Source: Narcine bancroftii
Taxonomy: Eukaryota
Direction: 5' to 3'
Length of the DNA stretch: 64,000 nucleotides
Assembly: GCF_036971445.1 (NCBI RefSeq)
Contig: NC_091473.1
Location: 250,666,001-250,730,000, forward strand
Shown: positions 47,732-61,349 of the stretch, one piece after another
Layout: every line of letters begins with the position of its first letter
How positions within the stretch are numbered: position 1 is the stretch's first letter
Position numbers and translations under genes: made by a program
The notes under the pieces: model-generated
Database searches by the model: none
Seen by the model: only the letters and a program-made list of their open reading frames with translations
What the model was told of the DNA's origin: nothing

Positions 47732-50700
47732 TGTAGCGGCAGACAAAACACACAACCAGACAGGTTGAGCTCAGTGAGCAGAAAACTGGTTTATTTACTG
47801 GCTGCTGGGCTGGACTTATACTCCCAGCCCAGTCCGGCTGAGAACCGCGCTGGGGGGCGCTGATGTCACTTGGGCGTCTCGTGGTCCCCCAGCGCGAGCT
47901 TCTGAGCCTGGTGCTGAGAAGAAGAGGAAACCCTCGACGGTGCCATTTTGGCTCCGCCGCGTGGATTACAAGCGGGGCCATTTTGCCTGCCTAATGGCAT
48001 GATGCCACACAGCCCTCCCCCCCCCCCCCCCAGAACTGGTGCCAATGTCCTTTTCAGCTGGGCAGGCTTGCTTCTTGGGCTGGGCTACAATCACTGGTTC
48101 AGTCGAGGTGAGCTAGCTACAGCCTGTCCGCAGTAAACAGCTCCCGCCTGCCGCCGATGTCCAGCGTGAATGTAGACCCTGAATGCTGGACAACCCTGTA
48201 CGGCCTCACGTAAGGTCTCTGCAGAGGTGCCGTGGGTGGGACCCACTGAATAAAAATGTACTCTGCAGAGTTCAGTTTGCTGGGGACGTAAGATGGCCAT
48301 GTGCCATGTCTGGGCGGCGATGGGGGTGTGAAGGAGTCCAAGTGGGCCTGGTGGTGGGGAAGTAGCTTGTGCGGCGACCGCTGGGGGTTGTAAGCCACAT
48401 TGATGAACTCACTGGGCAGTGCCAGCGGTGTGCCGTAGACCAGCTCAGCTGATTATGCCTGCAGATCCTCCTTGGGCGTGGAGCGGATGCCCAGTAGCAC
48501 CCAAGGCAGTTCATCCACCCAGTCAGAACTGGTGAGTCGGGCCATAAGTGCCGACTTAAGGTGGCGGTGCAGACGCTTGACCACCCATTGGCCTGCAGGT
48601 GATAGGCTGTGGTGCGGTGTAGCTTTATCCCCAACCTGTTGGCGAGCCCTGCCCTGCCCCTTAAATGTCCCACTGGCTCAGAATGCAGAGGTGAACTGGA
48701 CGCCCCGATCACTGGTGAGGTGATTCGGAACGCCAAACCAGGTGACTCAACCATGCAACAGCGCTCGGGAGCAGGAGTCTGTGGAGGCGTCCGGCATTGG
48801 GATCATCTCTGGCCAACGAGTGTTGCGGTCTACCACGTGAACAGATAACTGATGCCCCGGGAAACTGGTAAGGGCCCGACTATGTCCACATGAATGTGGC
48901 TGAACCATTGCCGGATGTGCCTGTGCACTGTGGACATCTGGCAATGGGTGCATGTTCTAGCCCAGCCCACGATCTGCTACCGCAGCCCATGCCAGACGAA
49001 CTGCTCTGCCACAATAAAGACCGTGGACCTGATGGTCAGGTGCGAAAGGTTGTGGATGTGATGGAAAACTTGCCTGCACCACTGCTGGTGACCCACTGGC
49101 CGCGGGGTGCCCATGGAGACATCACACAGGATAGTGCCTTTTCCACTAGGAGTTGGGAGGACTCGGAACCACAGGCCCGTGATGGCAGTCCTGAAGCCTC
49201 GCGTCTCCTCATCGGACTTCTGGTCCTGGGCAAGCTGGTCAAAGTCGAGGCCGGGTGTCAGCGTGCAGGTGGCCAGTCATGAGAGTGCATCAGCGACCAT
49301 GTTGTCCTTCCCAGCCTTGAACCGAATGTCGGTGGTAAACTCCGATATGAAGGAGAAGTGATGCTGCTGGCGGGCCAACCATGATTCTTTTGCCATCGTG
49401 AGCGCCTCAGTGAGGGGTTTATGGTCAGTGAAGGTAAAAGTCCTCCCCTCCAAGAAATAGTGGAAATGCCGCACCTCCAGGTACATGCCCAGTAACTCAC
49501 GGTCAAAGGCGCTATAATTGCGCTCTGGTGGGTGGAGAAGCTGGCTGAAGAATGCCAGCGGCTTCCATTGTCCATTCACCTGCTGCTCCAGGATGGTGCC
49601 GACGTCTGTGGCAGAGGCATCGATGGAGAGCTCCATATTCAGGTCGGTGTGCGGGTGGGCGAGCATGGTAGCCTTCATGAGGGCGTTCTTGGTGGCCTCA
49701 AATGCACTGCAGGCCTCTGGGGTCCAGGTGAGCGTTTTGTGCTTGGCTGTGATGAGGGCGAATAGCGGCTGCATGATGCGCGCAGCTCCTGGGATGAATC
49801 AGTTATAGAAGTTGACCATACCCGCAAACTCCTGCAGCCCCTTGAGGTTGTCCGGGTGTGGGAACTCCTTGATAGCAGCGACCTTCGTAGCGGCAGGCAT
49901 GGCTCCTTTGGCCGTGATGGTATGGCCCAGGAACTGAATGGACTCTTTTCTGAACTGGCACTTGGCTGGGTTGATGGTGAGGCCAAAGTCAGCCAGCCGG
50001 GAGAAGAGGGCGCGCAGGTGGGCCTTATGTTGCGCCTGATCCCTGCTGGCAACGAGGATGTCGTCCAAGTAAATGAAGACGAAGTCCAGGTCCCTGCCCA
50101 CTTGAGTCCATGAAGCGCTGGAAGGTCTGAGCGGCATTCTTTAGCCCAAATGGCATGCAAAGTAATTTGAACAAGCCAAAGGAGTGATGATGGCCGTCTT
50201 GGGTATGTCCTCAGGATGCACTGGGATTTGGTGATATCCGCGCATCAGGTCAACCTTGGAGAAAACCCTCGCACTATGCAGTTTGGCCGTAAAGTCTTGG
50301 ATATGAGGGATGGGATAACAGTCGGGAATTGTCGCCTCATTGAGCCATCGATAATCCCGCAGGGGTGCCAGCCGCTGGAGGCTTTCAGGACCAGGTGGAG
50401 CGGAGAAGCTCACGGGCTGTTGGAGCACCAAATGATCCCCAGCTCCAGCAGATGTGAAAACTCTTCCTTTGCCACTTGGAGCTTGTCAGGCGGGAGCCGG
50501 CGTGCCTTGGCGTGAACCGGTGGACCCTGGGTGGGGATGTGGTGGAACACCCCATGGCGTGGTGAGGTTGTGGAGAACTGTGGCCTGAGGAGGGCTGGGA
50601 ACTCATCCAGGATTCGCTAGAAATCGTCTCTGGGCGTGCTGATCATGGCCATCTGCGGCTGCTCTGAGCAGGAGGTGTCGAGGCGAATGGCCTGGAAAGT

Positions 50701-51525
50701 CCAGACATCTACCAGGCGCCTACCTCGAATGTCCACCAGGAGGCCGTGGGCGAGGAGGAAGTCGGCCCCCAGGATGGCGGTTGGAAGGGACGAGATGCTG
50801 AACCTCCATGAGAACCTTCGCCGGCCGATCTGGAAGTCGACTGTCTTGTTTTCATACGTCTGGATCTCTGTTGTGTTGGCTGCACGGAGGGGAGGTCCTC
50901 GAGGTCGGTTCCCGGACTCGATGCCATGGCCAGGATGACACTGATCTGGGCCCCAGCATCGACAAGGAAGCACCAGCCGCTGACCGTCCCGCAGGTAGAG
51001 GAGGCTGTGTCCTTGGCCAGCCGCCACAGCCATTTACAGTGGGCGGCCTGCTTGTTCCCTGGAACGAGCAGGGCTGATGACACTTGCGAGCCTTGGCTCC
51101 CTACCACTGGTGGTAGAAGCAGAGGCCCGGAGTGGATCCCATGCCCCTGGTTATGCTCTTGGTGGCCCCTGCAGGGGCTGAGTGTTCTACTGCAGCGCTA
51201 GGGGCAGGCTTGGTGTGGTCATGCCCATGCCTCGTGACCTGTTAGACTGCCGAGGCCTCCGGGAAACGCTCGATCCATAGAACTTGGGCCTTCTGAGCAA
51301 CCTTCCTCGGGTCGATAAAGCTCTCTTGAGCCAGTAACGACCGGATATCCTCGGGCAAATTGTTGAGGACAATTTGCTCAAAGAGTGGACAGTTAGTGTG
51401 ATCACCCATGAGCACGAGCATCTCATTCATCAGCTCCACTGGGGACCTGTCCCTCAAGGCGTCGCGGTGCAGCATCCGAGCGGCACGCTGATGCCTAGGT
51501 AGTCCAAGGGATCTGGTGAACACTC
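47732..51525 (-). mobile_element. Gypsy LTR retrotransposon 2, CsRN1-like, lacking 5' LTR and gag N-terminus
   Basis: 3' LTR 47732-48009 (TGTAG...GCCACA), G-run PPT, gag C-x2-H-x9-C-x3-C knuckle (about 51068-51121), FLVDAGA protease, YLDD RT, TDHKPL RNase H, integrase TTAYH.QANG. Confidence 0.93.
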
Positions 51526-53072
51526 ACTGATGAAGAAACTCAGCAGGTCCAACAGTGTAACAAAGATAAATGTACATAACCAATCATAGAACATTACAGC
51601 AGGCCCCTTCGGCCCTTCTAGTTTGTGCTGAACCATTTATTTTTGCCTAGTCCTACTGATTGCACCCAGCCCTCTATACCTCTCCCATCCATGTACCTGT
51701 CCAAATTTCTCTTAAGTGTTACAACTGAGCCTGCATTCACCACCTCAGCTGGCAGCTCCCACCACTCTCTGTGTGAAGAAGTTACCCCTAAACTTTTCCC
51801 TTTCACTCTTAACCTCTAGTTTGTAACAAGGCTCATCGAGTTACCTCGATGAGACCGATATGTTGTTTATGTATCTTTATCTTTGCTACATAAAGTATGC
51901 CATTTGACCTGCTGAGTTTCTCCAGAATTGTGTTTTTACTTCAACCACAGTGTCTACAGACTTGTGTGTTTTACTTCTGAATTTGTCATGTTAAATTTTA
52001 ATGAATGTTTTTCTTGGATCTTTATTTTGATAAGTAGAAACTTACTGAACTGCAGAGCCATTCGCAAAATAAAGATAGAAGTTCAGGAAAAGGAAATATC
52101 AGGTTTATCTGACCATTTCTCTCCTCTGTCTTCCGTCTCAGTTCTGAAGTGTGGGTGACAACTTCATCCACCAATCATGAAGTGTCCCAGTAGCCATGTT
52201 GCTTCTTCAGTGCATCCAGAGAATATATCTTGAGCTACTGGAGTGTACAGTGTATAGACCTTTTGGGTCTATAAAAATTGAGGCTAGTGGGAAAGCAGTG
52301 TTCCTCAGGGCGGTGGGGAGGTGGGGGGAGGGGGTAGCTGGTCTTCTTGAATGAAGTGAGAACAGTTACACCCAATTGACCTACACCCTTATGTTTGGAA
52401 CAGTAGGAGGAAACCAAAGCACCCAGAGTATCAATCCTTCCATTGATCAGTGGCCTAATGCAATGTCTTTAAAATGCAGAAGTTAGGAAATCCTACTGCA
52501 ATTACAAGGGGCTCTGGTGAGGCACATTTATCTATTTTTGGTCTCCTGAACTAAGAAAAAAGCTACACATAAAGACAGAGGCAAAGAGTCTCATTCCATG
52601 GATGAGAGCTTGCTGTACAAGGACCAATTGAATATACCATTTAAACATAAAATTCTCAATGGAATTGGCACAATGGTGTTGGGAAGATGTTTCTCCAACA
52701 TTCAGACTCAGAATAAAGGGTAGGTTGTTTAGGATTGAAATGAGGAGAAATTTCTTCATTCAGAGAATGACGAATCTTTGGAATTCTTGACCTTAGGGTT
52801 CAGGCGTTGAATTCATTTAAAACAGAGATCAATAGATTTCTGGGTGTTAAGGAAATAGGGAAGATAAAAACGCAGATTAATTTTGAAAGTAAATGATGAG
52901 AATTTAAAAATGAAGCCATTTTCAGAGCAGGAAGCAGTGCAAGTGAGTGGGGGAAGTTGACAGATTAACATGATGGTGCATTTTGGATATGAACAAAGCA
53001 ATTGAATGTGTAGAAGTTCATGGGAGGAGCAATGTGTGAGTGTTTTGTGTGATCAAATCAGATTTGATGGGT

Positions 53073-53658
53073 TGACAGAGAAATGAGTCCAGACACAGAC
53101 TAAACAAACAAAAGATGACCTTTATTGCACACACGGGAAACGGGGAAGACACAAAACAACATTTGGTGCTAAAACAATGTAGGTATTCACATTGGATACA
53201 GTGATCACGATACCAAAGGCCACCTACTCTCTATAACACGCATGGAGTAATATTCAGTAACTAACCCACTCTTACTATAATTACATTTAAAAAAAAACAC
53301 TCTCTAACTAACGTTTCTGATTCCCAGTAGCAACAGGGTACAGTTCAATGCTAAGTAATCCCACGTAATACTACAGAGCCGCTCTAAGTGTCGTGCACAC
53401 CTTGCCAACGACTCCTCCAGTCCACAGTTTATGACCTGGGGTAGAGCAGTGTCTGTTCGTAGTTAGGAGCAAAAGAGGATGATCAGCTGCACGTTGTGGG
53501 CTTTTAAAGTGCAGTGAGCTGGGGAGTCCAGCCCAGGTAATCAGTTAGTGATTTAAAGGGGCCAATGGTGAGGTGTGCACGAATGGGTGGGCAGAGTCCA
53601 ACCTTGATTGGCAGGTGATGTGACTTCTGACTAGATTCCAGATGGAGAGGTCATGTCA
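53073..53658 (-). mobile_element. Probable solo LTR
   Basis: TGACA...TGTCA termini, minus-strand AATAAA near 53120, flanks GGGT/GAGT; right boundary uncertain. Confidence 0.45.
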
Positions 53659-55223
53659 GAGTCGACGTCAGAAGAGATCTAATATGGAAGCGTTAGGGTC
53701 ACCATGGTGGTGGTGGGGTGGGGGGGGGTTGGAGGCACAAACTGATGTTCAAGAATGCTCACCTGGGAGGGGGGAGTGGGTGCCAAACGTGCCATGGACC
53801 TCCTCCATCTGCTGCACTATCACACTTCCCCCTCCCTCTTATAGGACGTGGAGACAAAACCACGTGATTCATTTTGGTGACACCCCCTCTAATGACATCA
53901 CCTATTGTGGTCAGCAGCTTCCAAGTGACGCTAGTGCTGTGGGTGGGTGGAGAGGGGCACAATAACATTTGGGGGCAAGGCCTGCAAATGCTTCCCCCCC
54001 ACCCCCATGACACTGAGCCTGGGCTATGTGAGCCTCAACAGTCCACATTTCAACCTGGTTCCAGATGGAGAGGCCGCGTAACCCTCCACGATGCATACTG
54101 TAGTGAGTCAACAGAATTGTGAACAATTGCCCACAAATGTTGCTGCATGGCTTGAATCCTGGTTCCTGGTTCCAGAGCTCTCTGAAGCTCCTCCTCAACT
54201 GAAGGTTCTCACCCTCTCCTGACAATGGGTAAATGATATCAGGGATAAAAAAAACTCAGCCATGCCCTGCTCTATATTTAAGTGGTTGCTTTTCTCAATT
54301 GGACTGCCGACACTCACTCCCAGCCTAACAAGGCAGAAATCAGCCTTCAAATAGCAGAACACTGCAGTTAGTGGAGATTGCAATAGTTCCACACTGAGCT
54401 AAGCATTGTGGATATGGTCAGTAACTATTTCTTGCAGTGAAAGATGTTTATCAATTACACGAGGCAGTAAATAAGGATGCTCTGGTCCAGAATGCTGAAT
54501 GCAAACATTGCCATTTCTTGCTTGAACATTATGGTTATTTTCTGCTCCTTCTGTTGTTGCAGAAGATGAATTGGATGCACAAGTAAGGCTCTTGAGCCTG
54601 CAGCCATTCAATAGGGCTTGTGGCTTTCTCCCCCAAGTAAGTAAAACTTCAAAAGAAGACAAGTACAAGAACTGCAGATGCTAGAATCTTGAGCTAACAA
54701 AAAGAAGCTGGACAAACTCAGCAGGTCAGCATCCATGGAGAAAATGGTTAGTGTTTCAAGTCAGGGTCCTTTATTTCGACTCAAGCTCGGTTTGAAGCAA
54801 GGCTGCAAGGTAGATTAAATTCATCATTAATTTTATTCAATTAACCATGAGAGAAATAATTTTGAATTGCCACATTGTACTTACAGAAATTGGGGAAGTT
54901 GGGGACAAAGTGGATAAAATTGATGTGCTCCAACGGGTATTAATAACCCAAACAAGATGAATTGTGAGGTGAAGCATAAAAAATTCAAAATGTTAAATAA
55001 GTTCAAAGTCGAATATGCAGAATTGAGTGTGCAAATTTGAACCATGTATGAAACAGTTAATAAAGGCCTTGGAAGCATACAAGAGACTGGAAGTGTTGAG
55101 AAATGAGCTCCCCCCAACAAAAAAAATTTGCTGAGGAACTCAATCTAGAAAGTCTGCAGAACCTGGAGTCAAATGTAATACATAAATGTACTGGAGAAAT
55201 TCATCAGGTCATGCAGCATCCAG

Positions 55224-55889
55224 AGTTCTTGGGAGTCTCTATCTTGGAAGATCATTGCTGGACCCAACGCACTAATGGCATTGTGTTAAAAGCATGTCAG
55301 TGCCTCTACTTCCTCAGGCGTTTGCAGAGGTTCAGTATGATATCAGAAACCCTGCCAAATTTCTACAGATGTGTGGTGGAAAGTGTGCTGACCGGCTGCA
55401 TCACAGCCTGGTATGGAGACACCAATACCCTTGAATGTAAAGCGCTTCAAAAGGTAGTGGACGCAGCCTAGCCTTCCCACCTTCATGAACATCTACAGGG
55501 AACGATGCTGTCAGAGAGCAGCAGCAATCATCAAAAATCTACACCACCCAGCACACGCTCGGTTCTCGCTGCAGCCATCAGGAAAGAGGTATCGGTGCCA
55601 CAAGACTCGCACCACCAGGTTCAGGAACAGCTGCTCCCCCTCCACCATCAGACTCCTCAACGACAAACTCAATCAGCGACTCATTTAAGGACTCTTACTT
55701 TTGCACTTTATTGATTTAAAAAAAATTCTCTCTGTATTGCAGTTTGTTTACATTTCTTTATCTGTTTACATATGTACATTGTGTACAGTTTTTTTGTTGC
55801 ATTACCAGTAAGTGGTAATTCTGCCTCATCTGGAGGCAAAGGAATCATGTCATGTGATGACATGCATGTACACTGACAATAAATCTGAA
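55224..55889 (+). mobile_element. Rex1/Babar-type LINE 3' end
   Basis: FLGV...LYFLRRL...FYRCVVESVLTGCITAWYG...HHPAH, CTGACAATAAATCTGAA tail. Confidence 0.88.
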
Positions 55890-56296
55890 GTATTCTATCC
55901 AGTGGATGACCTAGGGGTTTCATCGGTACGTTTGTGTATTACTGGTGAGGATTTCAGCAGGAGAAAATGTGTCAACAATTCGATTCAGAACCTCTATCAA
56001 TATAAAGCTTATTTACAGACGATAACCTTAAAAAAAACCCACACACAAACACTTAGCCTAAGCTCAGCTCGTACATGTGGGAAGTACATGGACATTTGGT
56101 CTGAATTCCTATGAAGTCCATGGTTGGTGTCTGAGTCATCTCCTGCAGTTGGACAGCCATCAGCTTATTGAGCCACCCCATCCTCCATGCTGTTGCCCCC
56201 ATTTTCGCTGTGGTGGGCTGTCCCAACTTGGTCTGGGGGATGGTGCATAATAGTGACGATAATCTGCAGTTTAGCCGGCTCCTGGGATTTGCACCT

Positions 56297-56588
56297 TGTG
56301 GTGCGCTGTTAGATAGAATCAGACACACACAAGGTAAAAACTAAACAATAGCCTTTAATCCACAAAAACCTCCACAGAACCAGGTTGGCTGTGGCTGCAA
56401 CAACTCAGTGTGAGGCCTTGGGAGGCCGGTGCAGGCTTATATCCCGGAGGGTGATTGACACGCGACCGGGTGGGGCTTGATCCATTCAGGCCGACTGATT
56501 GGCAGCCGGCCAGGTGTTGTTCTGTCCCCTTACACTCCTGCAGGTACAAAGGTTGCCCCCTGCAGTAGGCTGGTGGTGGACCACTACA
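56297..56588 (-). mobile_element. Solo LTR with 5-bp TSD
   Basis: TGTGGTG...CACTACA termini, CACCT at 56292-56296 and 56589-56593, minus-strand TATAAG and ATTAAA. Confidence 0.85.
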
Positions 56589-56958
56589 CACCTCTCCCAC
56601 AATCTGCCCATTGCATGTTTAATGGAGGTATCTGATTTTGGTGGTGAATGCCCATCGGTGGTTCCCTGATCTTCATGCTCCACCCTCAACTCTCAGCCCT
56701 GAGCTGAGAAGAGGTGGTGAAAAAAGGAAAGCTGGAGAGGGTCAGGGATTATCTATTGACAGTAATGGCCAGTCAACCTTTTGGCCAGACCCTTTATCAA
56801 GCTTCTCTGTTGGTGCTGAGCATGGCTATTTATGGATATAGGCGAGGCTTTGACCTTGGCCACAGCGTGGTCTGATGTGTGGGGCTTGTTTAGAGAGCGG
56901 GGTTGGCTTGAATCCCAGTTCATTCCACTAATCACAAATGTTCTTGTTCCATGTGGCT

Positions 56959-57163
56959 GGGAAACTCCAAAACAGCACTGCCTGCTCTGACCTCAGCGGA
57001 ATGTCCCTGCAGTGGGAGAACAATCCTGACCTTGGTACGAGCCCTGCCCGTGATAATGCCTGCTTGAAGCTCTGACACCTATCCCAAGCCAAGCATATTC
57101 TCATAAGCCACACTCACTACCCCACGTCCCACTGTTGGGTGTGAGGGGAAATTCACTTTCACT
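56959..57163. promoter_or_regulatory. Putative NF-kB/IRF enhancer
   Basis: GGGAAACTCC 56959-56968, GGGACATTCC (minus) 56998-57007, GGGAAATTCA 57146-57155 overlapping AGTGAAAGTGAA (minus) 57152-57163. Confidence 0.4.
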
Positions 57164-57182
57164 CAACTTGAACAATTTTATG

Positions 57183-57308
57183 GAATGAAACATGAAAAAT
57201 CTGCAGTGATTGTAGTAAAAATGCAGAGATGGTGGAGGAACTCAGCTGATCTCACAGTGTCCATAGATATATTAACATTTCAGGCCTGAGCCCTTCTTCA
57301 TGACGTGC
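57183..57308 (-). mobile_element. Short Penelope-derived insertion with 14-bp TSD
   Basis: TGAACAATTTTATG at 57169-57182 and 57309-57322; TGAAGAAGGGCTCAGGCCTGAAA at its 5' end. Confidence 0.85.
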
Positions 57309-59670
57309 TGAACAATTTTATGACATATTTATTTTCAACCTCTCACTTCACGATTCACCAAAACACCTGCTAACAACTTAAGCATCTCCCCCTATTTAAT
57401 CATTTAGATTTTTTAAAAATAAACATATCCGAGAGGATATCACAGTCTAATGTGATTTCATCATTCTGCTCACTGCGGAATAATTATCAGGCTTCCCGTT
57501 GCTTTCTTCCTTACTTATATTCTATAATTATTTTGCTCTGGGCAGACCAGTGTGGACCTTGTGAATAAAACAATGGGGATTCCAATTCTTCTCCTTTATT
57601 GCCTGTCCAGTGCATAACAGTCAGAGTGGATATTCCAAGAGAAACACACACAAAAAAATAAACACTGCAGATGTTGGAACCTTGAGCATTCAATGAGAAA
57701 CTGAACCATATCCACGAGTGGAAATGGTCAATGTTTCACTTTTCTCTAAAGACTGGATATTAGCCATTAATGTCAAGATACAAAGATACAAAAATATAGA
57801 TATACAAAAACTTAAATAGATAAAAAATATATAGAAATACAAAATTTAAAGAAAATTTTCTCATGATCACGCTTCCTTCACATCTCGTGGAAAAAGAGCA
57901 AGCAGTTAGTCTGCAAGGATATTATGACACATTACATCACAGTCACTATGGTAACACTACAAACAATAGTTCTCTTAAAGAGACAGACACAAAATTAACT
58001 AAGAATCTAAAACAGAAGAATTTTACAGCCTGTCTTTGCACTTTTTTCTACACTCTCCACTATTTAACTTTTTGCATCACTATTCCCTAAACCATCATTT
58101 TATGATGAGTTGACTTGTCTGGCTAGCACACGAAGCACAGCATTGCTTGAGGCATCCTCCTCGAGGTGGGTCAGGACGGAGTGGAGGGGTCAAGGTTCTT
58201 GCATTGTTTGTGGGTAAGTTTGGTCAATAGGCAAACTGGAATGGGTCTATTATCACTGATAGGTGCCCTTTGATCCACTCCATTACTAGGCGCTCAAAGC
58301 ACTTCATAATCATGGAGTTCAGTCCCATTGAATGGTAGTCATTTAGTCCAGCTACCTGTGCTCTCTTGAGCACCAGGATATTGGTGGCTGCCTTGATCCT
58401 GCAGGGACAAATCCTGGAGAGAGATAAATAGTGTTCACTACCCTCTGTGAAACAAAATGTGCATGAGGCTCACTTTTAAATGACAGCGCCTTAATCCTTA
58501 ACTATGACCTCTCACCTGAGATTCTCCCACCAATGAAAATCTGAACTTCAATCCTGTCATGACCGCTAATGATCTGTTATGTGTTACCAGCATCAATAGG
58601 AAGACCGTAAACACCCGACACATCCAGAGACTTCATCTTCTCCTGGACAGTGGTGAACCTGTGGAGTTATAGGCTGCCAAATCAATTGAAAGTTACTGAG
58701 GAGGTAATTGGTTGCTTTTCTGAGGGGTAGAGGGATCAACAGATATTGGGTGAAAATTACAACATGTGGCTCCTGGAATGGCAGGAAGCCGCTGTGAAGG
58801 GATCAGATTTACCTGTTACGTTAAAATGCTGACACACAATTTGACCTTAATCATAATTCGTCTTGTTACTTTACTTTTACCATGGGATGTTTTTGTGAAT
58901 TTTTTTCAAATGGAAATGGTATGGGTGATATTTTTGTGATGCCTGGACTCATCAATATTCTTTTTGCACTTTTGCTATTGATCAGACTGTTCAGTTCACA
59001 CATGGTCAGTAGTATGCCTGTCCTGTTCTCTGCCTGGTTCACAGTGGGAGAGCCCACAGAAGGATGTTACAGAGAGGAACAGTTCCTTGCTGAGCAACTT
59101 GCCTATTTGAGCCAGTGACACTTGCCTGTGTTTGGCCCTGATCCTCGACTCCTTTCCTATCCATGTCACTGCCTGACTTTTGAATGCCAGAATTGTACCC
59201 ACTTATTTTAAATGCCAGAATTGTACCCACTTGTAGCTCCTCTTCTCTCAGCTTGTTCCATATTCCTACCACCCACTGGGTGGAAACAGTTGTCCCTCAA
59301 TTCCCTTTTGCATCTTCCCACTCATCTTAAACCTATCGTTGAAATGTAAATCTCCCTACTCTCCATTCTGATTTTGACACTGCCCAGTTGCAGATTCTGT
59401 GAGCCGATTGAACTCGGTTTCTGTGCACTTGGTTCACAGCAACTCTCTCTTCCCAACCAGCAAAATGTTTTCACAAAGTCTCAATGTCCCATATCTCTCT
59501 GTTTATTCAATGTACAACTGTATCCATCTCCCCATTGTGTTAATTAGCTGGTGCAGGCCAGCACTATAGCTTAGTACAGGCCCTTCAGCCCTCGATGCTG
59601 GGCTGTCGCACTCCCTATCCTATAACCCTCTCTTTTTCTTTCATCCATGCCTTTCTAAGAATCTCTTTAA

Positions 59671-60679
59671 TGTAGTTATGAGCCCAAAGGACCCCAAAAC
59701 CAAGCAGCAATAGACATTCACCAAGACAAGTAGCTACTTAAACAAAAGTTGTTTTTAATTATCTTTAAACATGAAAACAGTATCAAACTTTAAATCATCT
59801 CTATTAACTTAAGTAAACCCAACTTAACCCTTTTCTAATTCTAAGCACACGTGTATGTAATGTGTGTGTAAACGTAAGAAAAGTTCTTTGGTTCACAGTT
59901 CAATCTCACTTCTCATTCTTCCGAGTTCTCTGGTTGCAGGCAATTCTTATACTGTGCACAGAATTTCACATGTATAAAGTTCACCAGGCTTTGGTGCTCA
60001 AAAGGTAAATGCTTACCGCTCAGGAAGGTTCTCATAGGGTTTGCAGAGAGAGATTTGTTGATCCAGGATTTCCACAACTGAGGTACATCAATAGTCACCT
60101 CACTGTCTCACTGATGAAACTTGCCCCGTCAGGGTTCTCCAGACGATAACCTCTTTTCTTTTAGACTCCTACAGAGTTCATTTCTGTTCCACTTAATCCA
60201 AGAGAAGCATCAGACAAATAGCACTATATGGCCATCCACCTCTCTGGAGTTTGTTTCAGTTCCACCCAGCTTCTCCTGCTTGTTTCAGCTGTCTGTCTGT
60301 CTCTCTCTCTCCAACCGCCAGAAAGCCGATGTGACTCTCTCACTTGCAAAACCCCTGACCTTCTCCAGCAAACAATAGGAGTTAGTCTTCTTGATTAAGC
60401 TGTTGACTTTAGGTAAACAAAAACCCAGGATTGACCTTTCTGTGCACTCTGGCAAAACCTTTGCAAAGAGCTTTTAAGAGCCAGAGTGTCTCCTGCTTGT
60501 AGCTTTAATGACATCATTTCAATTAGCACCTATTGGTGAAATGTGCACAGCATTCTCCATAGTTTCTATAAATTCACTAAATATCTCTTCAGTATTTCAA
60601 ATAAGATCTGTTTTAAAGTGTGTGTGTGTATGTAACCTATGCTAATTTTGCCAATTTATCTCCCAAATGTTCCATTACA
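59671..60679. mobile_element. About 1-kb LTR-like insertion splitting a minus-strand CR1 tail (about 59560-60900)
   Basis: CR1 tail sequence is interrupted and resumes at 60680; TGTA...TACA ends; no clean TSD. Confidence 0.55.
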
Positions 60680-61315
60680 GTACCTAATATTTCAACCTCC
60701 ACAGCCATCCCTGATAAGTCATCCCTGGCACCCACAACTCACCATGTAAAAACCTGCCTCTGATGTCTCCCCTAAAACTTCATTCCCTTAACTTTGTACA
60801 CATGTCCTTTGGTGTTTGCTATTCCTGCCCTGGGACACAGCTGCTGGCTGTCCACCCTATCTGTGCTTCTCATAATCTTGTAGGCCTCTATCAGGTCTCC
60901 TCTTACTGGAAGATTCCAGTAATCCTCTCTGCCACATTTATGGTGCTGTGGATTGACCTTGGTCCATTTTTCTGCAGCATCCTTAACACACTGTGATTCA
61001 GTCGGCCAGGATACTCTCGATAGAACTCCTATAGAAGGTTGACATAATGGTGGGCAGTAGCTCTTCTCAGGAAGACCGATATAGATTCATTGATGTGTAG
61101 TGCATGTGGTCATTCCTGGTCCTCCTGAAGCCCATGCTCATCTCTCATCTTGTCCACATTGAGACTCAGGTTGTTATTCTCACACCATTTCACAAGATTG
61201 TCCATATCTTCTCTGTACTGAGTCAGCATTATTGCTGATGAGGCAAAATACCGTTGTGTCATCTGAAAATGAGATGACATTATTTTAAACCTCACACTGT
61301 AGTTTCATTACAAAA

Positions 61316-61349
61316 TTTCCTGCTGCTTCCTTCCTCATTTCTATTTAAA
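61316..61349 (+). promoter_or_regulatory. Putative leukocyte promoter (PU.1/ETS sites and TATA-like)
   Basis: CTTCCTCATTT (AAATGAGGAAG) 61330-61340, further TTCC cores, TATTTAAA 61342-61349, about 60 nt before the ATG. Confidence 0.5.

Noticed and set aside
53692-53704. TTAGGGTCACCA resembling a tRNA-Trp PBS
   Set aside because: No LTR end adjacent on the correct side and no gag downstream.
58882-59118. MGCFC... small membrane-protein-like ORF
   Set aside because: No splice, homology or promoter support.
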